Below are positions 10,942 to 21,600 of a stretch of DNA of 34,210 nucleotides, one piece after another. The DNA is taken from NCBI GenBank assembly GCA_943704425.1, contig CALSCP010002369.1:1-34210 (forward strand), written 5' to 3'. Made by a program: the position numbers and the translations under genes. The notes under the pieces were generated by a model. The model was not told the DNA's origin and made no database searches. It was given only the letters and a program-made list of their open reading frames with translations. The DNA is from Ministeria vibrans ATCC 50519. Lineage: Eukaryota; Protista; Filasterea. The number at the start of each line of letters is the position of its first letter. Positions within the stretch are counted from its first letter, which is position 1.

Positions 10942-13900
10942 ATGCCTTCCAATCAGGGGTCTTATAGGGCTGTCTCTGTGGATGATGTCCACTCCTCACG
11001 CCACTGGGTCCTGGACAGGATGCGCCAATGCGATTGGGCCATTCCCGATCAGTGTGAACGGGAAAGCCCACTCGTTGTGACCAATTCGTCCGCCATCGAG
11101 ACGTGCTTCCCGTCGGCACCCACAACACCTGGGACAAACTCCTTTGCAGCCTTCTGCGCCTTCAACGAAGCCGAAATCGCTGGCGGTCGTGTTGAGCGCG
11201 ACAAAGCGGAAGAGACGGTCGACAACGGCGAAACTTTAGCGACTCTCCGCGAAGCAGTCGAAAACCCGCTCGACGGCTGGCAAGGCTGGCTAAACGCGCA
11301 CACAATCTTCTCATCCTATCTGCCGCGGAGCGTATTCCGCTCTCTGGGACTCGACGGGATGCCTCGAACGCATTTCTTGCTCCTCGATTTCACCTTTGAG
11401 GAGTCGGGCGGTCAATATGCGCACATTGAGAGCGCCGTGCAGCACATCGGGTTTCTCACCTATGCGTCTGTTTTGAAAACTCCAAAGTGGTCCGCGAGTG
11501 AGCTGCGTGCTGCTCTGAAGCGGATTTTTGCGAATGTTCAAGAGCAGGTAACAAAATAAGAACAAAATAATAGTATGATAAGAATAATAATAATAATATT
11601 TTGATTTTCAATGTCATTCATACTGATGGTATGCCTCTGCTTGTGCACGTCTATCTCTCCCCAGGACACTTTGATTGCGATGGTTGTTGCGCATGGGAAA
11701 TTGTGCTGCGTAAGCGGCTGTACTCAGTGTCGCGGTCCCGTATCTCTCTGTGCCATTTGCGCGACGCATGTGAAGGCGTTTGGTGAGTGTCCCTCGTATG
11801 ACTTTGATCGAAGCATGCTTGCTGCGTCCGAGTGCACTCGCTGCCTTGCCGTTGGCAAGGAGCCCGTCATCGCCATTGGCAAGGAGGACCTTCATCGCTC
11901 CGAGCTGATTCGGATGTTCCGCTATGCGCCACAGTGCCGCGCCTCTAGGACACTGCTGACGTTTGTGGCGTGCAATGTGGGCATTGCGGTGTCCAATGAG
12001 TGTCTCGTGAGCCCAGCGGATGTGCACAAGAACGTAGAGTACTCACCACAAGAGCTGCGTGCAATTTCCAAGAACACCGGGATGATTGTGCTTTCCGCTG
12101 TGTGTGGTGACCAGAAGCTCAAGGTGAGGGACGCGCGAAAGTTTGTGGAATTCTTTGCGGAGGGTCTCACGGGTGCTGCAGACTTCTCGCTGGGGTGTCA
12201 CGTGACGCTATTGTCGTTGATCGCGTACCTCCGCAGCGAAATGTACCAGTACATGGGGTCACAGCGCGCGTTTGTGGCGCGGGCGGATGGCGGTGAGCTG
12301 TTGCACTATGCGCTCGCATGCGAGTCATTTCCGGCAGTCTCTTCTCGGCGTATCAGGGGTACGACAGAAGAGCAAATGCCAGTGGGCAGTGATTTGGTGC
12401 TTGCCACAACGAGAACACCGCAGCGCAACCTCAAGTTTGACTTCTTGCTCATTCTTGTGCCATTGTTTTGGGCCGCTCTTGTGTCTGTCATGCTGTGGCT
12501 CGTGTGGGGACGCTACGTTGTGGACGCGGCAAACTTGAGTAATACTCGTTCGGTGGAAGGCTACTTGCTGTTTCTTCTGCAATGCCTCGTGGGACTCTTT
12601 CAGTCCATCTCACTGCCTGGCCGATGGCGGTTGTCCTACGACGAGGCTGTTTGGTGCGTGCGTGAGTCAAAGGGCATGCGGGCGTCTCTCCATGTCATGC
12701 TGGTGACGGTGTGCCTGCTCTCGCTGGCTGTGTGTGTGCCCGCGTTTGTCCAGGGACAGCTGGTGGGTGTCCCCCGGGTGTTCTGGTGGTGGGGCGCGTT
12801 TACGGCTCCGAGTGGGCTCTTTGCGTTCTTGTTTGTGCGCTTCTTTGCGATTGCAATTGCCAAGGCCAAGCCCGTTGTCTCGCTTCCCATCGTCACCAAC
12901 GTGTCTACTCTGGCGCTCTATGCAGTTCGCTGGATGCTCATGGCGCCCACTCTGCTTGTGTTTGCCGATTCTTACGATTCACACCATGTGCACAACAGCG
13001 GGGGCTTCTACCTACTCCTTGTCCTGACCTTTCTTGCCTTCCCCCTTGTAATGTACTTCAATGTGGCGGACGTGCGGCACGATCCTCCTGAGCGGTTTCA
13101 AGAGGGCGCCACGGAGAGCATTCTGGCGGGCGTGTGTCTTGGGGCACTCATGGCGTGTCTACAGACAAGCGTTTTGTGGACCAATACGCCGATGACCACG
13201 CCCTTTGTTCCAATAACACTGTCGCTCTTGTGTGCCGCTGTGTTCTATGGGCTACACTCGCTCTATATGTGGTACAAGCAGCGTGGGATTGCACGACGTG
13301 CTTTTGTGCGTCAGTACGCAACGGAGTCGTGGTCGCGCCGCTCTGTGGCAGGGTACACGTGTCGTGGTGTGTTGTGGGGTGTGTTGGTGTGGACCTTTTT
13401 AGTGTTGGGTGTCATTTCGACGATTCTCCCTCGATTCGATAAGACTCGTGCGGTGGCTGACCGTGACACCTTTTACCACGTCACCAAGCTCGACGATCTT
13501 GTCTTTCGCTGGGCCATGGGGCTCTATCTGCCGTGGGGCCTGCTTGTAATGTGGCCGCAGCTGCGGCAACTGATCTTTCGCGGACAGCTTGCGTGGATGA
13601 GCCGGCGATTTGTGGCGTTTTGTGCGGAAAAATGGCGCGGAGACAACGCAAGGCGCCCCACGTTTTCTGCACTGACTGCACACGTTCAACACGAAGAGGG
13701 GGTTTCACCCCTTGAGGATCAAGTTATTTACGCCAATGTTGAGACTGTCTCTTTGTTATCAGCTGCCGACGACGGCTTGGACACTGTCGCAGCTGCGACA
13801 GAACGGGATCAGTGCGCTGCAAGTAGACTTGGCCCGCCTTTTGAGGCGGAGGACAATTGCGTTGTTGTGCGCCGCGAATGGGTGAGTGTTCTGGCGGGGA

Positions 13901-14094
13901 AGCTCTGCAATGTAATCTTTTGGGGCTATTTCAGCTTTCTAAGTAGGTTATATAAATTATTACGAGTTTACTCAAGGAAGTTAACTGAAACTCCTTTCTC
14001 TAAACAGCGCCGTGGGCCGATGCTGGTGACGGTCCTTATTTCATTATTCATCAACAAGGCTATGCTTTTGTTGGCTCTTTACTGCTTGGAGTGA
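10942..14094 (+). CDS. Caspase-like (clan CD, C14-like) domain fused to a multi-pass membrane domain
   Basis: Exon 10942-11547 (CAG|GTAACA) splices in phase 0 to 11665 (TCTCTCCCCAG|). The joined protein has DTLIAMVVAHG (His codon 11692) and RTLLTFVACNVG (Cys codon 11971), then about 10-11 hydrophobic helices. A probable in-frame intron lies at 13882-14007. Confidence 0.75.
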
Positions 14095-14586
14095 TACTTT
14101 ATTACGTGGCTCTTTCCAAGTGACTATGATAATGTTTTGGTTGTACAACTGTGAAAATCTGATTAATTATTAATTTTAGTAATGAGAAGAACATTATTAT
14201 TAAAATTAATTACGGATGTTATGAACGAAATTAGTTGATTGTTATATTATTGTGTGTATAAGGCCCACCACTTATTAGCCGAATAGCCGTATAATTCGAG
14301 TCTTTTTTGCAAGTGTATGTGTTTAATTGACGAGTGATTACTTCACACCTCCTTCTGATAAATATTAGGAGAAGAAGAAGATTACATCCCATTTATTAAT
14401 GATACAGTTATCACGCAAAGACACAGCCAGACCGCCTTGCAAACACAACCAAAACTCTAGAGGTAACATGGAAGAAGAGTGGCAGGTCAGAGTGCTGATA
14501 ATTATAACTCGAAGACGTATTATGTAAACAATATAAGTAATTAATATTGATCAATCAATCAATTCACACACATTTTCGAAGGGGCA

Positions 14587-14836
14587 ATGGCTACGGATGC
14601 CACTGAGGCAGTGGAAGCATTCATCCGCGCCCGGCGCATGTGCCTCCCGCCGCCAGCGTGCACCGCCGCCGAAGCCGTGACGTGTGCCTCGCCCGCGTCT
14701 CTTGCCGCTCTCCTCGTCTCCAGCGGCTTCGAGGACGTCTCGCTCTTGCCGGACCTCGACGCAGACGACCTTGAGGAAATGGGCATCCAGACACCGTCCG
14801 TCCGTCTTCTTCTCGTTGACAATTTTTCGGTTCGGA

Positions 14837-14884
<48 letters not shown>

Positions 14885-17800
14885 TTTTTTTTTGCGTTGT
14901 GTTGTTCTTCAGACGACCACTGCTGCCGTATGCGGCTCCTTCGCCCCCATTTCTCACTCTCTCCCCTCTCCTCTATCTATTATGCTGCTGTCTACCTGTC
15001 GATTGCGCCCCATGAGGCTCTCTTTGAGTTCATCGCGCGTCTTTTACGTTTTGTCCCCCTCTGATCGAAACAATCTCAAGTCTCTCTCTCGTTTCGCGCT
15101 GTTTTCTGGCGCTTTTGTCCCCTATCTTGCCCCGTCCCCGCTACCATGGGTACCCTTTGTGCGTGTGGACACCGGGAATCGGCCTATAAGCGGCGGCGTC
15201 TTTCCAACTCCGTCGTTTGATATCTTTTTTTTCTTCTCTTGTTAGAAACCACCCGTGCAGGACGACGAAGAGGGCCCCGGCAGCGACGCGTTAGTTGTCG
15301 AATCAACGGCTACCGACGAAGCTACCGATGGTGCGGTCGAGGCGTCTCCGCCTCCCCCAGCAGAGGACAAACGGCCTCTTTTGAAACCTGCTCTTGTGCG
15401 CCCGCCCATTTCAGGCAACAAGCCCACTCTTCGCCCAGTCGTGGCCGCCTCTAAGCCAGCACTCAGGCCCCAGGGTGCGAAGCCAGCCATTGCTGCAGCG
15501 ACTAAGCCCGCCATTGCAGCAGCAAAGCCTTCCATTGCCGCAGCAAAGCCTGCCATGACAGCCAAGCCAGCCATTGCAGCAACAAAGCCCAAGGTGGCTT
15601 CCCAACCACGTTCACAGCCTTCGCCTGTGCCATCAAACAGCAGTCCAGCTAGCGATAGTTCTTTAGCGAAAACGACAGCGAGCAGCGAAGGCAGCCCAAC
15701 TCGCAGTCAGGACACACGAAGTGCCTCGGTCTCACCTGTTGCTCCCAAACCGTCTCCAACGGCAGCCCCTCGCCCCCAGGCGGCCCCACGCCCAAGCGCA
15801 CGTCCTCGTCTTCCACCCACCAACACAACCATACCGCTACAAACGGCATCAGCGCCCGTCTCCATGTCTATTGACGACGAACTCGATGACCACAACAACG
15901 ACAACGACACGCCTCCACCCAAACCTAAACTTCCCTCCACTTTCACCCTCGACCCCCTTCCCACCCCCACCACCCCCACTGTCGTCATCCCACCCACTGC
16001 CGNNNNNNNNNNNNNNNNNNNNNNNNNNNNNNNNNNNNNNNNNNNNNNNNNNNNNNNNNNNNNNNNNNNNNNNNNNNNNNNNNNNNNNNNNNNNNNNNNN
16101 NNNNNNNNNNNNNNNNNNNNNNNNNNNNNNNNNNNNNNNNNNNNNNNNNNNNNNNNNNNNNNNNNNNNNNNNNNNNNNNNNNNNNNNNNNNNNNNNNNNN
16201 NNNNNNNNNNNNNNNNNNNNNNNNNNNNNNNNNNNNNNNNNNNNNNNNNNNNNNNNNNNNNNNNNNNNNNNNNNNNNNNNNNNNNNNNNNNNNNNNNNNN
16301 NNNNNNNNNNNNNNNNNNNNNNNNNNNNNNNNNNNNNNNNNNNNNNNNNNNNNNNNNNNNNNNNNNNNNNNNNNNNNNNNNNNNNNNNNNNNNNNNNNNN
16401 NNNNNNNNNNNNNNNNNNNNNNNNNNNNNNNNNNNNNNNNNNNNNNNNNNNNNNNNNNNNNNNNNNNNNNNNNNNNNNNNNNNNNNNNNNNNNNNNNNNN
16501 NNNNNNNNNNNNNNNNNNNNNNNNNNNNNNNNNNNNNNNNNNNNNNNNNNNNNNNNNNNNNNNNNNNNNNNNNNNNNNNNNNNNNNNNNNNNNNNNNNNN
16601 NNNNNNNNNNNNNNNNNNNNNNNNNNNNNNNNNNNNNNNNNNNNNNNNNNNNNNNNNNNNNNNNNNNNNNNNNNNNNNNNNNNNNNNNNNNNNNNNNNNN
16701 NNNNNNNNNNNNNNNNNNNNNNNNNNNNNNNNNNNNNNNNNNNNNNNNNNNNNNNNNNNNNNNNNNNNNNNNNNNNNNNNNNNNNNNNNNNNNNNNNNNN
16801 NNNNNNNNNNNNNNNNNNNNNNNNNNNNNNNNNNNNNNNNNNNNNNNNNNNNNNNNNNNNNNNNNNNNNNNNNNNNNNNNNNNNNNNNNNNNNNNNNNNN
16901 NNNNNNNNNNNNNNTTTGTTGTGTTTTCTCTGATTTTGTTGTGTTTTCTCTGATTTTGTTGTGTTTTCTCTGATTTTGTTGTGTTTTCTCTGATTTTGTT
17001 GTGTTTTCTCTGATTTTGTTGTGTTCTTTCTGATTTTGTTGTGTTTTCTCTGATTTTGTTGTGTTTTCTCTGATTTTGTTGTGTTCTCTCTGATTTTTGT
17101 TGTGTTTTCTCTGATTTTGTTGTGTTCTCTCTGATTTTTGTTGTGTTCTCTCTGATTTTTGTTGTGTTCTCTCTGATTTTGTTGTGTTCTCTCTGATTTT
17201 TGTTGTGTCAGGAGGTTCAACGAGGCGACGAGAGTGATTCGTACGAAGAGATTGATGTGGTGCTGGACAATGATGATTCGAGCAGTGTGTTCAGTTTGAG
17301 TTCGGCAAATGCGTCGCGGACTGGTCGCACGACGCCGAGTGTGCGCTCGAAGAAAGAGAGTAAGATTCTAAAAATTATTTTATTGTGACGTACTTGTATC
17401 CATGTCTGTCTGTGCATGACTCACTTTTTGTGTAGGTCGCGCTGACGACGAAGAGGATGAAGATGATGGTGAAGAAGACGATGACGATGAAGAAGGTTTG
17501 GGTCCAGTGATTGTGTCTCAAGAGCCACTGCCCACCGACGAAGTAACACACACTCACCCTTACCATCTCACTCACCCACATACATCCATTCTCTCTTACA
17601 GGGCATTGAAGACACCACCATGCGCGCTATTGCTGCTGCCAATGTGCGTGGAAATCTGTCCATGCAAGCCATTGGCGTCATTCGCTTTCTGGAGAGCATC
17701 AAAATGTCGCACCATGTCGACGCGTACGCCATTTCCTCTTTTGCAGGGTTTTCTTTTTCTTCTTCACGCTCCCCTTAATCCCGTTTCTCTTTAGGTTTCT

Positions 17801-18607
17801 GTCCAACGGATACGATGACATTGAGTTTATGTGTGATATTGGCGTGTTTGACTTGGATTTGTTGGATATTGAGTCACCCGACGAGCGCAAAATTATTTTG
17901 GCGGCCGCAAAGGGTAAGTCTGAGACCAACACACACATTGCGGTGCACTGACTACGGCATTAGGCGTGAGTGTTGCGTCTGAGAGTCGACGGTTAGTTGT
18001 GGCTGCGGATGCGCGAGAGCACAGCAAGCTGGCGCGAAGAGTCAGCTCAGGGCTAGATGTGAAGCTAGAGTCGTTCTTTTTGGGGCCCACTGCGAAGGAG
18101 GAGGAAGTGGAAGAAGAGGATGAGGAACAACAGAAGGGAGCCGAAGAAGCAGCGAGGGAAGAAACAGAGGAGGAAGAAGAGAAGGAGAAGGAGAAGGAGG
18201 AGGAGGAGGAGAAGGAGGAGAAGGAGGAGAAGGAGGAGGAGGAAGGGCAGGAGGCGGCGGAAGTGAAGGGCTCTGATGAAGATGATGGGAGTGTGGAGGA
18301 GTCGGAACGAAAGGAGGAGGACTATGAAGTGAGCGACGGCGAAGGAGTTGCTGAAGAGGATGACGAAGAAGAAGAAGACCAAGCGGCCTTCATGGCGGGC
18401 ATTGGGAGCAGTGGAGAGCCAAAGGGAGCGCTGGAGCAGTGGCTCGGTGGATTGGGTCTTGAGCAGTATTGGGTAATCTTTGATGTGAATGGCTACAACG
18501 AAGCGGATCTCATTAATGCGCTCGATGGCGACGATTTGGACGAGCTTGGGATTACCGACGCAGCCCATCGTGCACTGCTGTTGGACAACGCAGCTTCCTT
18601 TGTGTGA
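14587..18607 (+). CDS. Triple SAM-domain protein with Pro-rich and acidic linkers; spans the assembly gap
   Basis: Exons 14587-14829, 15246-gap, 17212-17359, 17436-17542, 17602-17723, 17795-17913 and 17964-18607. SAM-like segments: LLVSSGFEDVSLLPDLDADDLEEMGIQTPSVRLLL; RFLESIKMSHHVDAFLSNGYDDIEFMCDIGVFDLDLLDIESPDERKIIL; LEQWLGGLGLEQYWVIFDVNGY...LDGDDLDELGITDAAHRALLL. Continuity across the gap is assumed. Confidence 0.75.
14838..14893. repeat. (CT)n microsatellite plus poly-T in an intron
   Basis: About 18 CT units followed by a T run. Confidence 0.95.
16003..16914. other. Assembly gap (N run)
   Basis: 912 N bases. Confidence 1.
16915..17207. repeat. 20-21 bp minisatellite, about 14 visible copies, intronic
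   Basis: Unit TTTTGTTGTGTT(T/C)TCTCTGA repeated head to tail, running out of the gap and ending at the acceptor GTCAG (17211). Confidence 0.95.
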
Positions 18608-18688
18608 CCAAAGTCTAATTATTATTCGGAACAATGTACAAAAACGTCTTAATATTTTTATCTCACCCCATTCCCAAAGTCGGTCCGA

Positions 18689-21600
18689 ATGAAAGAGCTC
18701 AGGGTCACGACCCTACTGCTCCTTCTGGCAGCAGCCGTTCCCTCGCCCGTGCTGGCTGGCTCGTGTGCCGGACGATCCTTCCTCTCCGCCTCGTCTGCAA
18801 CTATCTCCGATGGTGCCGGTATGTCGCCCTCTGCCGCCTTCTCCTCCCGTCCACACTCTCCCTACATCATCTTCTACCCGTTCCCGCCTTCTCCATGCCG
18901 AACGACCGGTTTAAATGTGGAGTTTTTTTTTTAAAAAAAATTTCAGTCCGTCAGTCTCAACCGCAAACGAAGATCCAACGTGTTCTTTAGTGTGGATTGC
19001 GTCTCCTGGGGGGGAGGGGCCCTTGCGATGTCGTTGCTCCCGCACCGCACTGCGATCCTTCCTTCCTTTGTCGTTTGCTCTTCAACAGAGAGTCTCTCTC
19101 TTCTCTCTCTCGTTGTCATTTATGCGTTGTTTACCGCTCCTATGGACCCAAGCCGTGTGTCTGTGCCTCATCTGACGTTGCGTATCATACCACCACCATC
19201 CCCTCGTCCCCTCCCCTCTCTCTTTCTCTCTTTCTCTGCGCGTTGGTGTCTCTCTGTTCTTCAAGCACACACTCACACGCCACTCATTTCTGAGCTCTTG
19301 TTGTCTCGTTGCACGTCCTTTAATTCGCCTTTCCGTCTGTTCCCTTGTCTTGCTGTTGTCTAGGTACCCATGTAGTCAACGAGAACTGCACCTTCGTTGT
19401 GGCTCCGACCGATACGTCGAGATTTTTGTCGTTTTCGGTGGACTTACTCTCGCTCGAATGCTCTTGGGACTTTCTGTTCGTTTTGAACAGCGCCGCGTAC
19501 ACTGCGTCGCGTGCGTCGACACTCACTGGCGTACGCTCTGGCGAAAAGGTTCTCGTGCCCTCGTCGTCGACCATGGTTCATTTCTACAGTGACCTGGGTG
19601 TGGCGGGCGCCGGCTTCTCCCTGGTCTACACCGCTGATGCATGTCCCTTCAACTGCTCGTCGCACGGCTCGTGTGACACTGGCTCGGGTCTGTGCACCTG
19701 CGATGTGGGCTGGTCCGGCTACGACTGCAGTACTTTGTTGTGTCCCAATGATTGCGGCGGCACCACCAACGGTGTGTGCTCGGTAAACGTGACGGCGCCC
19801 GTCGCCAATGCCACGGTCAACTGCCTGTGCACCGCCAACTTTACGGGTGTCGCGTGCGAGCTCGCACTGCCGCTTGCAACAGGTATCACCCAATTGAGAC
19901 CCTCTGACGTGTACAACAAGCTGTTGCCGCCTGTGTCGGTGGCAGTGCCGTCCGTGCTTGGGGGACTAGAGGGCGACCTAGCGGCCTTTCGAAACGGCCA
20001 CTCGTCTGTGTTTGTCGCCGCTTCCTCGCACATCTATCTCTTTGCCGGCTACGACTGGCAACAGGAGCTTGTCGACACGGTAGTACGACTCCATACTCCT
20101 TCGGGAACATGGTCACTCGTGGGCACGAGCGGTACTTCACCCACTGCACGGTTCGCACACAGTGCCGTGCTTGCGGCCTCCGACACGACCATGCTGGTCT
20201 TTGGGGGACAGTCTGCGAGCGGTGAGGTGCTCAACGACCTGTGGTCGCTCAATGTAAACACGTCGAGCGGGGCGTTTGGCTCATGGACACAACTGACAGG
20301 GAGCGGCGACACTCCCGTGGCCGTGTGGTCGCACACTGCGTCGCTCGTGTCGTCCGGCTCGCAAATGGTCGTGATCGGCGGTGCAGGGCTGATCGAGCTC
20401 TTTCCGCGCACCCTTCAGGTCTACACCCTTGCCACCAACTCATGGGAGGTGGTTCTTCCCTCGCACGTCTCGTCCGACATTGAGTTGCGCGTCTTCCAGC
20501 ACTCTGCAGTCACCAACGAGGACGGCTCGGTGGTTTATGTCTTTGGCGGTGTGGTGCCCTCGTCCTCATCAGGTCGTGGACGCCCCTCAAGCGACCTCTA
20601 CGCCTACAATGTTGCCTCTCGATCGTTTGCCAGACTACAGGCGGGACCCTCAACGGCGTTTCAGCACACTGCCGTCATGGCAGGCTCGTCTCGCATGCTG
20701 GTGTACGGCGGTGGGATCAACTGCTACTCGTCGCTACTCTTTGTCTACAATGTCGAGTGCAACGCCTGGCAGACCATCGCATCGCCTGAAGGACTCGGCT
20801 TGATCGAAGATGGCCCTCGCGAAGGCCACACTGCCCAGCTTGTTCCAGTCTCGGCCTTGCCCTCGAGCATCGACGCGGGGCTCGTTGCGGGCCGTGCTGC
20901 CTCAGACCTTGTCATGGTGATGCATGGTGGCTTTGACGGTGCTGTTTTGGGCGATTCGCTTGTCTATTGGCCGCCGGTGTGTTCCGCACTAAGCACACCC
21001 GACGAGTGTGCCACCTCGAGCTTTACCTGTGGTTGGTGCAGCGGCGCCTGCGTGAGCCTACTGACTGCCTCCTCGTCTGGGTGTGCGACCGATGAGGCAC
21101 TCAGGGCCGCGCGCAACGCCTCTTGTCCAGCACCTCCCGCGAGCGACTGCCACCTGAACACCGAGTGTGCGTCGTGTACGGCTGACGCAACGTGTGCCTG
21201 GTGTGCGACTCTGTCCACGTGTACTGCACTCGCAAGTGGCAACACGTGTGGTGCGACATACATTTCGAGCACGCAATCGTCACTCACCTGTGCCAATGTC
21301 TCCTCACTGCTGGACCCCGTGCGGTGTTCGTCGCGCTACAGTTGCAATGGATGCGAGTTGGGCAGCAACGACGCCTGTGAATGGTCCTACACGATTCTTG
21401 TGGCGGGTCTGGCAGTGTTGCGAACCTGCGCGAAGAAGCCCACGGGTGCCGTTGCGACTCCAACGCCCACCGCCACGGTGAGCACCACTGATCCGGCGAT
21501 CATTGCCTCGCAGTGTCCCGGCTCGTGTCAGCAAATGACCAATTGCTCGTCGTGTCTGAACACACTCGAGAACTCGTGCATTTGGTGCTCGAGTCGCCAG

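Noticed and set aside
16915-17207. CRISPR-like or telomeric array; ORFs running through the gap
   Set aside because: There are no unique spacers and the array is intronic. The long ORFs are artefacts of N translation.
18915-19363. Extra attractin exons in intron 1
   Set aside because: Direct splicing of 18818 to 19364 already gives a continuous CUB start (ISDGAG-THVVNENCTFVV). The intervening ORFs are CT-rich low complexity.
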